64,000 bases of DNA from Nannocystales bacterium (GCA_050633305.1 JBOEGF010000004.1:352140-416139); one strand, 5' to 3'. Numbered from the stretch's first letter, positions 44,044-54,409 are shown. The notes: generated from the sequence alone by a model not told the origin. Translations and numbers: made by a program.

Positions 44044-46941
44044 TCACGAGTGCGCGGCGACCCAGGCGTCGAGCGCGGCCTGTTCCTCGGGCGCCCCCTC
44101 GAGCCCGGCGCGGGCGCCCTTGGCCAACTCGAGCGCCGCGGCCTTGGGGCCACCGGTTGCCACCTCAGCCCGCGCCAGTGCCCATCCGGCCATCGCCTCC
44201 ACGTCGCGATAGCCCTCGTGCTCGCGAATGTTCAACAGCGCGGGTCTGAGGAGCGCGGACGCCTGCGCATGCCGTCCCGCCTCGACCAGCGCGCGGCCGT
44301 AGTGGATCGCAGTGTCGGGGCGCAGCGGATCGTCGGCATCCAACGACGCACGGGCTGCTTCGTACCCCGCACGATAGGCCTCGACCGCTGAGGAGACGTC
44401 CTGCATCTGTCGGAGGGCATCCCCCCGATTGAGATGGTTGAGGATGAGCCAGGGATGCCCGGGGTCCAGAGCCTGTGCGTAGACCTTTCCCGCCGCCTGG
44501 TGCTCGACAAGCGCCTCCGAGCCTCGCCCCCGCCGGGTGAGCAAGCGGCCCAGCGTCTCGCGGCGGTCGGCGGTCTTCATGTGGTCGGGGCCGAAGATCG
44601 CCGTATCGATCTTGGCGGCCCGTCGCACCACGGTCTCGGCCTCCTCGTAGCGCCGCAGGTTCTTGAGCGTGATGCCCAGGTTGACCAGTGCCGCGCTGAC
44701 CGAAGGGTGCTCGCTCCCGAAGGCGGCTTCGAGTTCGACGAGGGCGTCTCGGTACGCGGCAACCGCCTCTTCGTTGCGCCCTGCCCGTCCGAGGCCCGAG
44801 GCCCAGGAGGTTCGAGCGATGGCGACGTTGGGATGTGAGGCACCCAGCGCTGCGGTCCAAAGCCCGATGGTCTCCTCGTAGTGCGCGATCGCAGCGTCGG
44901 TCTTGCCCTGTCGGCGCAAGACGTCACCGAGGCGTTGGTGGACGATGCCGAGGTCGAAGCCCTCGTCCGCGGGGGTCGCGATCAACGCCTCCTCCAGCTT
45001 CTGCTCCGCGACCGCGTACTCCCCTTTTCGCTCGTGCAGCCCGGCGAGATTGGTCATCAGCCGGTCTCGGGCTCCACCGGTTCTGTCCAGCGCCGCACCG
45101 GCGTGTTGCGCCCACAGCATGCCCTCGTCGTGTTTCTCGAGTCGCGCACCGACGACCCAGACCAGACGGGAGGCAGCATCGGCCACCAACGCGTGGGCTT
45201 CGGCGGCGGTTCCTTCGAAGTACGCCCGCTCCAACGCCTTCGCTGCGCCGTCCATGTCCCCGGAACGCTCCATCGTGCGCCCGAGGACCAGCGATGCTTC
45301 GGCGACGACGGGCGAGAACGCGGTGCTCTCGGCAGCCTCGAGCGCAGCCTGAGCTTTGGGCAACGCATCACTCACCCGTCCGCTCCTCGACAGCGCAACG
45401 GCCTCATCGATCAACACCCGCGCCTCGCCCACAGCGCGGGCAAGCTCGGGGTCGGACGGAACCCGGTCCCCCAAGGCGAGTCTCTTGGCCTCGAGGCACC
45501 GCGCCGGCTCGGACAAGGCCGCGGCGGCTCGCGATGCACGGTCGACCACCTCGATCCCGTGCGTCTCCCCTTGGGTCCACGCCTTCGACAACGCCGCCGC
45601 TTGCCGTCGCTGTCGTTGCAGGCAGTCCAGGGACTGCTGCTGCAGCGTCGGACTGGCGCTCGCCGTGCAAGCCTGCTCCCAGGCCTCGCCCCACGATGCT
45701 TCCAGCGCCTGCATCCGGGCATCCACCCGGGACCAAGCCTCGGTCGGCGCCCGGTGCCCCAACCCTTCGAATGCGGCCTTCACGGTGTCTTGGGCCGAGC
45801 CCGACCAACCGAAGCCCTCGGTCTCACACAGGACCCCCTCATCCGCGGATGACCCGACCCACAGCGGCACGCTCCCACCCACCCCGACGAGCGCGGCGGT
45901 TGCGACCATCATCCCCGTCCGCCGACGCCTGCGAACGCCGCGGTCGAGCGCGGTGAGCAGCGCGTCCATGGTGGAGACACGCTCCTCAGGATCCGCCGCG
46001 AGGCCGCGGTCGAGCAGCGCGTCGAGCCAACGCGGGACCGACACCCCCGCAGGCCGCGTCGGCGGGTGTTGAGACTTGAGCATCGAGAGCTCAAGCATCG
46101 TCTTCGCCGACCACGGCAGGACCCCGTACACCGATTGGAACAAGGCCGTGCAGAACGCGTACGCATCTGTCGCCTCCGTCGGTGCAACCCCATCGAACTG
46201 CTCCGGCGCCATGAAGGCGGGCGTCCCAATCCAGCCAGGACCGGCGCCACTCTCCAGGGTGCGGGACTGGGGCTGCTCTCCAGAGCCCGAGGACCCCCCG
46301 GTGGCCTCGAATCCCGGCGAGGTCTCGAGGTCGGAGGCATGCGCCTGCCCGCCCGCTCGAAGGCGTGCAATGCCGAAATCGCTGACCTTCGCGCGCCCCT
46401 TTGCATCGATCAGAACGTTGCCGGGTTTGAAATCGCCGTGGACCAGCCCGGCCCGATGCGCGCAGGCCAGGCCCTCCCCCGCCTGTCGCATCAGCGTGAG
46501 CGCCGTCCGCAGAGGCAGCGGTTGCGGAGCCTCGGCGCCTCGATGGCGTGCGATCCAATCCGCCAGATCGCCGCCCTCTACATGCTCCATCGCGAGGTAG
46601 GCGACGCCGTCGTGCTCCCCGACGTCGAACACAGTGACGACCTCCGGGTCGCTCAGCTTCGCCAGCATCCGTGCTTCCTGGACGAGCTTGGGCCACAGCG
46701 GGTTGACCGTGCTCATCGGGCCGGCGGCGCCCTTCTGCAGCAACTTGAGCGCGACCTTCCGGTCGAGCTTCGCGTCAAACGCGGAGTAGACCGCTCCCGC
46801 CCCTCCCTCGCCGATCTTCTCGACGACCAGGTACCGGCCGATCCGAGCCCCAGGCGCGAGGAAGGCGTGAGGCCTCGACGACGGTTCGACCGGCGTTTCC
46901 GCCTGGTCGAGCGGCACGGTCGGGGTCGGAGGACTCACCAC
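44044..46941 (-). CDS. Transmembrane Ser/Thr protein kinase with tetratricopeptide repeats
   Basis: IGEGGAGAVY, VALK, HGDFKPGNV, DFGIA, GTPAFMAPEQ; TM helix; kinesin-light-chain-type TPRs (LGASHPNVA, FGSEHPSV, FGPDHMKT). Confidence 0.92.
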   Translation of the reverse strand: MVSPPTPTVPLDQAETPVEPSSRPHAFLAPGARIGRYLVVEKIGEGGAGAVYSAFDAKLDRKVALKLLQKGAAGPMSTVNPLWPKLVQEARMLAKLSDPEVVTVFDVGEHDGVAYLAMEHVEGGDLADWIARHRGAEAPQPLPLRTALTLMRQAGEGLACAHRAGLVHGDFKPGNVLIDAKGRAKVSDFGIARLRAGGQAHASDLETSPGFEATGGSSGSGEQPQSRTLESGAGPGWIGTPAFMAPEQFDGVAPTEATDAYAFCTALFQSVYGVLPWSAKTMLELSMLKSQHPPTRPAGVSVPRWLDALLDRGLAADPEERVSTMDALLTALDRGVRRRRRTGMMVATAALVGVGGSVPLWVGSSADEGVLCETEGFGWSGSAQDTVKAAFEGLGHRAPTEAWSRVDARMQALEASWGEAWEQACTASASPTLQQQSLDCLQRQRRQAAALSKAWTQGETHGIEVVDRASRAAAALSEPARCLEAKRLALGDRVPSDPELARAVGEARVLIDEAVALSRSGRVSDALPKAQAALEAAESTAFSPVVAEASLVLGRTMERSGDMDGAAKALERAYFEGTAAEAHALVADAASRLVWVVGARLEKHDEGMLWAQHAGAALDRTGGARDRLMTNLAGLHERKGEYAVAEQKLEEALIATPADEGFDLGIVHQRLGDVLRRQGKTDAAIAHYEETIGLWTAALGASHPNVAIARTSWASGLGRAGRNEEAVAAYRDALVELEAAFGSEHPSVSAALVNLGITLKNLRRYEEAETVVRRAAKIDTAIFGPDHMKTADRRETLGRLLTRRGRGSEALVEHQAAGKVYAQALDPGHPWLILNHLNRGDALRQMQDVSSAVEAYRAGYEAARASLDADDPLRPDTAIHYGRALVEAGRHAQASALLRPALLNIREHEGYRDVEAMAGWALARAEVATGGPKAAALELAKGARAGLEGAPEEQAALDAWVAAHS

Positions 46942-46948
46942 GCTTTGC

Positions 46949-46977
46949 AGTATCGCTCGGCACGGACGAGATGTCAG
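46949..46977 (-). promoter_or_regulatory. Putative sigma-70 promoter for the TPR kinase (leaderless geometry)
   Basis: CTGACA-17 nt-GATACT, 7 nt before the GTG at 46941. Confidence 0.5.
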
Positions 46978-47052
46978 CGGGCAGATGCGTGCGGAGCATC
47001 CCTATTTCGCCGCACAGAGACCGGAGCACGTCCGCAGTCTCTGCGCCCTTCG

Positions 47053-49149
47053 TCATCCCCGGGTCTGCGCCTTGGACCCAGGACCCCCCCGCGAACGCCT
47101 GCGTCCGCGCCGGACCCCTGCGCACGCACCGAAGACCCACAGCAGGGACCAGGGCTGGAGGGGACCTGTCGTCCGACATCCCGCCCCCGCGCCGTTGGCC
47201 GAAGCCTCCTCGCCTCCGCTCGAGGTGTCCGTAGAAGCCATGGCTGAGGTCCCAGAGTCGCCGATCTCGGTGTCGGCCGCGCCCGAACTCGACGCCTCGT
47301 CGAGTTCGAACGACACCTCGAAATCACCGACCCGGGTCAGGTGCTGCCCCTGATTGAAGAACGCGAGGAACTGCGTGGATCCGGGGTCGACATCGAGCTC
47401 GAACTCTCCGTCGTTGATGCTGGCCACGTGCAGGTCGGGCGTCGCCTCCACCGCGGTTGCGCCCTCATCGTCCACCACGTAGCTGAACTCGACCGGGGTC
47501 TGAGCCTGCACGAGGACATGCAGGTCCCCCACGGGGGCCCAGCCGGGGTCGGGCACGACACTCAACGAGTAGCGCACCGTCATCGACACCGCGTCCGCCG
47601 GCACGTCGACACGAATCTGCATGGGCGGAGGCCGCATGGGCTCGAAACGCCCGCGGGCGCCAAAGCGAGGCCAAAGGCCCAAGGGCCCCCGAAGCTCCTG
47701 CCACGTCGAGATGCGTTCACAGTCGAGCAGCCCATGGGCCAGCAAGCCCGTCTCGAGCGCGGCTCGGGCCTCTGCCCCCAGGGCCGCCTCGGTCATCATG
47801 AGCATCGCATCAGCGGCCTCTTCGAAGGTCGCGTCCTCCTCCAACATCGCGACCGCGTCCATGACCGGCCCGACCAGCGCATCGCCGACCACCGCATGAG
47901 CTTCCCACAGCGCGGCGGTCAGGGGTTCGGAGTCCGCGTGAATCTGGCCGACGAGATCGGAAGGACAACGCAACGCGTTGTCGGCGTTGCGGGCGGCGCC
48001 ACCGTCGTAGGCCCGGACGTACTCGGCGTGGCCCGGATCTCCGGTCAGAACCGCGGCCACAAAGTCGGCCAGCGCCTCCCCGATCGCCCCTGCGTCCTCC
48101 ACAACTCCCTCGGCGCGGCGCCGCGCCAACCCGAGGACCCGCCCCTCGCCCAATCGCGCCGCGATGGTGCCGTGGGCCAGCTCGTGCGCGACGACATCGG
48201 CGTCATACCCCCAGTCCGCGGCCGGACCCTGCCCAAAGAACGCGAGAAAACTGCAGTCACCCGTGTACCCGGCATTGGCGACCCGGATCGAGGGGCCACC
48301 AGTAAACCCGCGGTAGTTCGCCACGAGCACTCCAGGCGCCCCGGCGTCGATGCACGGAGGCATCGGCAGACCGTGTTCTTCTGCAAACGCCGAATAGCGC
48401 TGGGCGTGCACGGCGATGGAGGCCGCGGAGAAGCGGTCATCCACCCGAGCATGGTCGGCATCGGACCGGGGCGCCGCGAAAACGAAGTCGTCCGCTTCCG
48501 TCGGCGTGACCGGGTCCAGAACGCACGCGCCGGCCGCCCCAGGATCTGCGCACTGGCGGACGTCGAACACGCCATCGGCGAGACCCCCGGCGGGGTCGTC
48601 GATACCCACCAGCTCAAAGACGGTCGCTGTGTCGTCCAGCACCGGGTTGCGGGCAAACGCTGCCGCCGAGACCCCGCGAACCTGGTCGGGGCCGACCAAG
48701 AGCACGCCGCTGACGTCGTCGACCCACACCAACGGGCGGCGACCGGTCGCGGGGTCGAAGCCCACATCGACGCGCCAGCGTACCGATCCATCGCTGGGCC
48801 GATGCTCCGCGTGGGCCGCGATGGCTCGGTACCCCTCGGCCTCGACCATCGCTTCGACCGCGGAGGCCGTGCGTGTAGCCGGGCTCCATCCCGTCGCGAG
48901 GATGGGAGCCCCCGATCGAACTCCGCGGACGCTGCCCTCGTGCACAAACCACCGAGAGCGATCGGCGATCGGTAACCCGGTGGGTGCGATCGCCCGCGCC
49001 TCGACCAGGGACATCGTCGCGCGCTGAGCGATGGTGCGCTCTTGAAGGGCCACCTCGGGCGGCAGCGCTGCGGAGGCATCTTGGCGCATCGACTCCACCG
49101 AGGGCCCGGTCGCCAGAGTCCACACCGCCGCAAGCCAAACGCCGAGCAT
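47053..49149 (-). CDS. Secreted thermolysin-like (M4/M36-type) zinc metalloprotease with MYXO-CTERM-like tail
   Basis: Signal peptide, pro-region, VVAHELAHG plus downstream GEALAD, QIHADS; C-terminus GAGCRT...WSLLWVFGACAGVRRGRRR after a Ser/Thr-rich linker. Confidence 0.8.
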   Translation of the reverse strand: MLGVWLAAVWTLATGPSVESMRQDASAALPPEVALQERTIAQRATMSLVEARAIAPTGLPIADRSRWFVHEGSVRGVRSGAPILATGWSPATRTASAVEAMVEAEGYRAIAAHAEHRPSDGSVRWRVDVGFDPATGRRPLVWVDDVSGVLLVGPDQVRGVSAAAFARNPVLDDTATVFELVGIDDPAGGLADGVFDVRQCADPGAAGACVLDPVTPTEADDFVFAAPRSDADHARVDDRFSAASIAVHAQRYSAFAEEHGLPMPPCIDAGAPGVLVANYRGFTGGPSIRVANAGYTGDCSFLAFFGQGPAADWGYDADVVAHELAHGTIAARLGEGRVLGLARRRAEGVVEDAGAIGEALADFVAAVLTGDPGHAEYVRAYDGGAARNADNALRCPSDLVGQIHADSEPLTAALWEAHAVVGDALVGPVMDAVAMLEEDATFEEAADAMLMMTEAALGAEARAALETGLLAHGLLDCERISTWQELRGPLGLWPRFGARGRFEPMRPPPMQIRVDVPADAVSMTVRYSLSVVPDPGWAPVGDLHVLVQAQTPVEFSYVVDDEGATAVEATPDLHVASINDGEFELDVDPGSTQFLAFFNQGQHLTRVGDFEVSFELDEASSSGAADTEIGDSGTSAMASTDTSSGGEEASANGAGAGCRTTGPLQPWSLLWVFGACAGVRRGRRRSRGGPGSKAQTRG

Positions 49150-49215
49150 GACGCAGTGTCTCTCGCGGGCTGGGCTCCGTCGAGGCTAACGTGGTACTGG
49201 GTCGTCTCGGACACG

Positions 49216-50382
49216 ATGGCGAGCGCATCGCACAACCGTTTGCGACGGTGGGATCACGGACACTGGGCCGACTGGGTGGTCCCCGCGGTGGTGGCATCGC
49301 TGTGGGCCTTGCTGCTCGCCGCGGCCAGCGATTCGGGCATCGCCACGCGGCGCGGACTGGTGTTCGTCGGCGGGCCGGTTCTGCTGCTCTCGGGCCTTCA
49401 CGCTCGCATCACCGGGTACCTGCACGCGCCATCGAGAGCCCAGCTGCTGGTCCTTCCCATCCCCGCGGCCGCGCATTTTCGGGCCGCCCGGGCCCGGCAC
49501 CTCCGCGGCTTGGCCGAGACCCTGGGGCTTGGCTCCGTCGCGGTCCTCGCGGGGCTGGTGCCCGGGTCGGGCTGGTCGGCCTCCGCGCCCCTCGTGCTGG
49601 ATTGGGCGGCGCTTGCCGTGATCGCCGCACTGTTCGAGCCGATGATCCCCGCCGCCAGCGCCGCGTTGGGGCGCCGCTTCGAGTCGGGGTCGTGGACCGA
49701 CGAGATGCAGCGCCGGGCGGGCGGAGGCTGGACCCTGCCTGAAACCTCGGTGCACCTGTACGCGCCGGCTGCGGGCATCGGGCTGGCCGCAGCCGCGGCG
49801 ATGCCCCTGCAGTTGGCGTTTGATCTCTCCGCCGACGGGCGCGAGGTTCCGGCCGCGCTGTGGGGGTTTGGGTTCGCGGCGATCGTCGTCGCGGGGCTCG
49901 CATCGGCCGTCGCGGCGAGGATCTACGCGCTTGGGATGTTCGAGGCGGTCCCGTTCGTAGCCGAGGCCACGCGCACCCTCGCCGGACCGCCGATCCCCGA
50001 ACCCACGCCCCCGAGCATCGCGCGACTGAAGGACCCCGTCCTGCGCCTCCTCGTCCTCGGATTCTGGCGTGAGACCCCCGTCCCCGCGCTGCGGCTGCTG
50101 GGAGTCGTCGGCGCCACCGGACTCGTCGCAGCGTCGCCTCAGCTGGGGCCTGCCCATGTCGCGGTGTGGGTCGCGGCCGCGTTGCTGTGGCTCGTGCCCG
50201 CCACCGCGCTCGCCCGGATTCGTCCGCTGCGCGCTCGCATGCTCTCCACGCTTCCCCTACCCCCTGCGCAACGCGACGGCACGCATCCGCGGGCCCTCGC
50301 ATTGCTGTGGTCCCCTGTCTTGTTGGGCACGGTGGTCGTCCTGCTCCGCGTTGTTCTGTCCTTAGGAAATCTCTCCGCATGA
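49216..50382 (+). CDS. Integral membrane protein, probable ABC transporter permease
   Basis: About 9 TM helices; ATGA-coupled to an ABC ATPase. Confidence 0.65.
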   Translation: MASASHNRLRRWDHGHWADWVVPAVVASLWALLLAAASDSGIATRRGLVFVGGPVLLLSGLHARITGYLHAPSRAQLLVLPIPAAAHFRAARARHLRGLAETLGLGSVAVLAGLVPGSGWSASAPLVLDWAALAVIAALFEPMIPAASAALGRRFESGSWTDEMQRRAGGGWTLPETSVHLYAPAAGIGLAAAAAMPLQLAFDLSADGREVPAALWGFGFAAIVVAGLASAVAARIYALGMFEAVPFVAEATRTLAGPPIPEPTPPSIARLKDPVLRLLVLGFWRETPVPALRLLGVVGATGLVAASPQLGPAHVAVWVAAALLWLVPATALARIRPLRARMLSTLPLPPAQRDGTHPRALALLWSPVLLGTVVVLLRVVLSLGNLSA

Positions 50383-51026
50383 CTCAACCCCTGCACGCCA
50401 CTGGGATCTCCAAGCGCTACGGCCCGCACACCGTCCTCGACGCTGTCGATCTTCACGTCGACCCTGGCGAGACGGTGCTTCTGCTGGGTCCCAATGGTGT
50501 CGGAAAGTCCACCCTGCTCGGGAGCGTCTGCGGGACGATCATTCCCGACGCGGGCAGCGTGTCAATCGGCGGGCACGACCTCAAGCAGGCGCCCCTGGCC
50601 GCACGCGCTGCACTACGGTTCCTCCCGCAAGAGGTGGAGGTCCCCGCAGGCCTTACCGGCGAGGAGTTGCTGCAGTTCTATGCCGACGTGCACGGCGATC
50701 CCTCGGGCATGAAGCGAGCCCGCGAAGCGACCCAGCTGGACGAAGCGCTGCCCCGCCTGGCCAGCACCTACTCGGTCGGCATGCGACGGCGGCTGGCGTT
50801 CGGGGGACTCCAGCTCGGGGAGGCTGCGCTGTACATCCTCGACGAGCCCTTTGCAGGCGTCGACCGAGAAGGGCGTGAACGCATGGCCGCCACGCTGCAC
50901 GGGCTCGTCGCTCGAGGTGCGGGGCTGCTGCTGGCGGTCCACGATCGAGACATCGACGACATGGAAGCCTTTTCCCCTCGACGCGTCGTCTTGTCCGCCC
51001 CCGACCCCCAAGGGGCGGAGTCGTGA
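50379..51026 (+). CDS. ABC transporter ATP-binding protein
   Basis: Walker A GPNGVGKST, signature YSVGMRRR, Walker B YILDEP, H-loop. Confidence 0.92.
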   Translation: MTQPLHATGISKRYGPHTVLDAVDLHVDPGETVLLLGPNGVGKSTLLGSVCGTIIPDAGSVSIGGHDLKQAPLAARAALRFLPQEVEVPAGLTGEELLQFYADVHGDPSGMKRAREATQLDEALPRLASTYSVGMRRRLAFGGLQLGEAALYILDEPFAGVDREGRERMAATLHGLVARGAGLLLAVHDRDIDDMEAFSPRRVVLSAPDPQGAES

Positions 51027-52030
51027 AGGTCGGCATTTTCGGCGCCGGAGCGATCGGGGCGTCGGTCGGGATCCGGCTGTCCGCCGCCGGGATTCCTGTG
51101 TCGATGGTGGCCCGACGGAGCCTCATCGATGTTCGCGACACGCTGCTCAGCCGAGGGCTCGATGGCCGCGCCTACCGGCCCGGCGAAGACCTCGTGCTGG
51201 ACGAGGATCCCGCGATTCTCAGCGACGTCGACCTCTGCCTGGTGACGGTGAAGTCGAGGCACACAGACGAAGCTGCCGCCACGCTTGCGAGCTCGCTGTC
51301 TCCCACCGCTGCCGTGCTTTCGCTACAAAACGGACTCCGCAACCCGCAGCGGCTCCGTGCCGCGCTCGATCAACCGGTCGCCGGTGGCATGGTGAGCTAC
51401 AACGTGGTGCGGCCCGAGCCCGGCGCGTTCGTTCAAGCCACCAAGGGGCCGATCTTGCTCGGCCCCCTCTCCGGGGCAGCCGGCGATTCGCTGGGTCAAC
51501 TCGCCACCGCAGCCCGGTCCGTCGGGATCCCGCTCGAGGTTCGTCCTGACATCGACGAAGTCATGGCCGGTAAGCTGTTGCTCAACCTCAACAACGGCGT
51601 GTGTGCGGTCGCTGGCGTCACGATCGCGCACTCGATCCGCAATCGGGTGCTCCGGCGCTGCTTCGCGACGCTGATGCTCGAAGGACTCCGCGTACTCAGG
51701 GCCAGTGGGTTGCAGCCTCGCTCGATCGTGGGTCTTCCTCCAGGGGTCATCGCGCGCCTGCTCGCCCTGCCCGATGCGATTGTGCTGCGCGTTGCCAAGA
51801 GTCTCGTCGCGGTCGACCCGGCGGCAAAATCGAGCACGCTTCAGGACCTCGAGGCGGGCAAGCCGACCGAGATCAATGACCTGTGCGGGGAGATTGTCCG
51901 TCGGGGCGCGGACGCGGGCGTCGCGGTCCACGCGAACGCGGTCGTGACGAACGCGGTCCACGCCCTCGAAGGGGAATCGGTACCGAGCTTCTGGTCCCCC
52001 GAGCGGTTGCTGGCGGAAGTCCGGCCCTGA
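51023..52030 (+). CDS. panE: 2-dehydropantoate 2-reductase
   Basis: GAGAIG, VTVKS, LQNG, KLLLN, SSTLQDLEAGKPTEI. Confidence 0.88.
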   Translation: MKVGIFGAGAIGASVGIRLSAAGIPVSMVARRSLIDVRDTLLSRGLDGRAYRPGEDLVLDEDPAILSDVDLCLVTVKSRHTDEAAATLASSLSPTAAVLSLQNGLRNPQRLRAALDQPVAGGMVSYNVVRPEPGAFVQATKGPILLGPLSGAAGDSLGQLATAARSVGIPLEVRPDIDEVMAGKLLLNLNNGVCAVAGVTIAHSIRNRVLRRCFATLMLEGLRVLRASGLQPRSIVGLPPGVIARLLALPDAIVLRVAKSLVAVDPAAKSSTLQDLEAGKPTEINDLCGEIVRRGADAGVAVHANAVVTNAVHALEGESVPSFWSPERLLAEVRP

Positions 52031-52058
52031 TCCGGGCCGGACTTCCGCCCCGGATCCG

Positions 52059-52880
52059 TCAGACGACGAAGTCGATGTTGGCCAGTCCAGCCTCGTCGGG
52101 TTCGAGCGCCATCACGGGGTTGAACCAGGCGTCCCCGTCGTTGAACGGGTCTCCCTCGAAGTAGAGCTGGCTCGTCAACCGCTCGGTCCCCTGCACCCAC
52201 ACTTTCACATGCACGTGGGCTGGACGGTACTCGGGGCCGTTGAGATACCAGCCGGGACGTAACGTCGTGAACGCGTATCGCCCCCGCTCGTCGGTGGCCA
52301 CCTGCCCATAGTAGCGATAGGCGTCCGACGAATCGTACGTTGCGTCGTTGTCCCCGGGCTCGCCGTCGGGAGCCACCGGGGTCGCGTGCCAGATCTCGAC
52401 GACCGCCCCGGCGATCGGGGCACAGTCCTCACCCCGCACGACCCCCTCGATCCGCAGCGCCACACCAACGTCCCCGTGCACATCGAGATCCCCGCCGATC
52501 GGGATCTCGGGTCGATAGAACGGGCCCTCGATGTCCTCGGGAGACGGATCGCAGACCGCCGCCCCGGTGCTGCCCTCCGACTCGCTCCCACCGCCGGAGC
52601 CGGTGTCCGAAGAGCCCCCCGCGCCCGTCGAGGAGTCTGAGGAAGCTGCGCTGGTCGAAGCCGACGTGCTCCCGGAGGCATCGCTTCCTTCGGACGTCCC
52701 GGTGCTTCCCCCTGCCGCGGATCCTGGACCGCTGCTGGTGCTCGAAGACCCCTCGCCTCCCGTGCTTGCGTCCGCTCCCGAACCGCCCCCGTCGCCCGAG
52801 CACGCGGCCAGCCCCGCAAGCGGAACCGTCGCGGCGGTCTGGGCGGCGCGAACCACGAACCTTCGTCGAGTCCAAGTCAT
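52059..52880 (-). CDS. Tat-exported lipoprotein with intradiol ring-cleavage dioxygenase domain
   Basis: TRRRF twin-arginine motif plus LAAC lipobox, Ser/Gly/Thr linker, EGPFY, VEIWHA, PGWY...RPAHVH, TSQLYF. Confidence 0.85.
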   Translation of the reverse strand: MTWTRRRFVVRAAQTAATVPLAGLAACSGDGGGSGADASTGGEGSSSTSSGPGSAAGGSTGTSEGSDASGSTSASTSAASSDSSTGAGGSSDTGSGGGSESEGSTGAAVCDPSPEDIEGPFYRPEIPIGGDLDVHGDVGVALRIEGVVRGEDCAPIAGAVVEIWHATPVAPDGEPGDNDATYDSSDAYRYYGQVATDERGRYAFTTLRPGWYLNGPEYRPAHVHVKVWVQGTERLTSQLYFEGDPFNDGDAWFNPVMALEPDEAGLANIDFVV

Positions 52881-52976
52881 GTCACCGAACGTGCCCTGAG
52901 CAGCGGCCAGCGTCCATCCGCCATTGCTGCACGTGGACGTGTAACCCCGCCGCACCAAGCGTCGTACCGTTCGGCG

Positions 52977-53807
52977 ATGGGGCGCTGGTGCGGGGTGGTG
53001 GCAGTACTTGCCGCCTGTGGCGGACCGAGCCCTGCCCCCTCGGCCGCCACGCAGTCCTCAGCCGTCCCCCCCGTTGCCCAAGCCGTCATGCCCCCATCCG
53101 CCCGTCCGCTCTCCCTGGAAGCCCTTGAAGCCCTCGTCAACGCCGCTTCGAGAACCGAGGCCGACCGAGAGGCCGACCGACGGCGGAAGCCCGTGCAGAT
53201 GTTGGAGTTCCTCGGTGTGTTCGAGGGCATGTCCGTCGCCGATATCGGCGCGGGCACCGGGTACACCACCGAGTTGCTCGCGCGTGCGGTGGGTCCCTCG
53301 GGTCGAGTGATCGGACACAACACCCCGTTTGTCCTCGACTTCTACGCCGAAAGACCCTGGACGCAGAGGCTCTCCAAGCCGGAGATGGCCGACGTCGTCC
53401 GCGTCGACCGTCCCTTCGACGACCCCCTGGGCCGGGAGCACACCGGGCTCGACGCCGCGATCAACGTGCTTTTCTACCACGACTTCGTCTGGCAAGAAGT
53501 CGACCGCGTCGCCCACAACCGAGCCATGTTCGCCGCCCTGCGCCCCGGCGGCTCCTACGTGGTCATCGACGCGCACGCTGCCAAAGGCGACGGCACCACG
53601 GTCACCAAAACCCTCCACCGCATCGAGCGGTCCGTGCTCATCGAGGAGGTCACCGCGGCGGGCTTTGTGCTCGCCGACGAGGCCGACTTCCTCCGCAACC
53701 TCAACGACACCCGCGACTGGAACGCCCTACCGACGCGGAGCGGTCGCGAGGAGTTCAGCGACAAGTTCGTTCTGCTATTCGAGAAGCCCGCCCCGTCCTC
53801 GCGTTGA
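52977..53807 (+). CDS. Class I SAM-dependent methyltransferase-like lipoprotein
   Basis: Lipobox LAAC; DRRRKP, VADIGAGTGYTT, YHD, ALRPGG, LHRI. Confidence 0.85.
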   Translation: MGRWCGVVAVLAACGGPSPAPSAATQSSAVPPVAQAVMPPSARPLSLEALEALVNAASRTEADREADRRRKPVQMLEFLGVFEGMSVADIGAGTGYTTELLARAVGPSGRVIGHNTPFVLDFYAERPWTQRLSKPEMADVVRVDRPFDDPLGREHTGLDAAINVLFYHDFVWQEVDRVAHNRAMFAALRPGGSYVVIDAHAAKGDGTTVTKTLHRIERSVLIEEVTAAGFVLADEADFLRNLNDTRDWNALPTRSGREEFSDKFVLLFEKPAPSSR

Positions 53808-53836
53808 CGGGGTTGCCTCGCTCCGCCTGTCCTGCG

Positions 53837-54397
53837 TCAGTACCCGATGAGGGCATCGACGCGGCGCTCGCCGAGTTTTCCACGTCCACTGAGCGCTTCG
53901 AGCTCGATCAAGAACAAGCAGCCAAGCACATTGGCGCCCGCGCGTTCGACCAGCGCGCAGGCGGCTGAAGCTGTGCCGCCGGTCGCCAACAGATCGTCAA
54001 CGATCAGGACCTGCTTGCCCTTGGGGATGTCGTCGGTATGCACTTGGAGCGCATCCTCGCCGTACTCGAGCGCGTAGCGTTCTTCGAGCACCGGACGGGG
54101 GAGTTTGCCGGGCTTGCGGACGGGCACGAAGCCCACACCCAGCCGTGCGGCGAGCGGCATTCCGAACAGGAACCCGCGCGACTCGATCCCGACGATGAGC
54201 TCCACCTGGCCGGCGATGTCAGCGATCGCGTTGAGGTGCAGGTCGAGCGCCGTCTTGAGGCATGCAGGGTCCGCAAGGACGGGCGTGATGTCCCGGAACA
54301 GGATGCCCTCTTTGGGAAAGTCGGGAACAGCGGCGATCTGCTCGCGGAGCATCTCGAGGCCAGCAGCGGTCATCTTCGGATGGAGTGCGTGGGACAT
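53837..54397 (-). CDS. apt: Adenine phosphoribosyltransferase
   Basis: PDFPKEGILFRDIT, GIESRGF, RKPGKLP, YALEYG, IVDDLLATGGT. Confidence 0.96.
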   Translation of the reverse strand: MSHALHPKMTAAGLEMLREQIAAVPDFPKEGILFRDITPVLADPACLKTALDLHLNAIADIAGQVELIVGIESRGFLFGMPLAARLGVGFVPVRKPGKLPRPVLEERYALEYGEDALQVHTDDIPKGKQVLIVDDLLATGGTASAACALVERAGANVLGCLFLIELEALSGRGKLGERRVDALIGY

Positions 54398-54409
54398 GGG
54401 TACGGTCCT

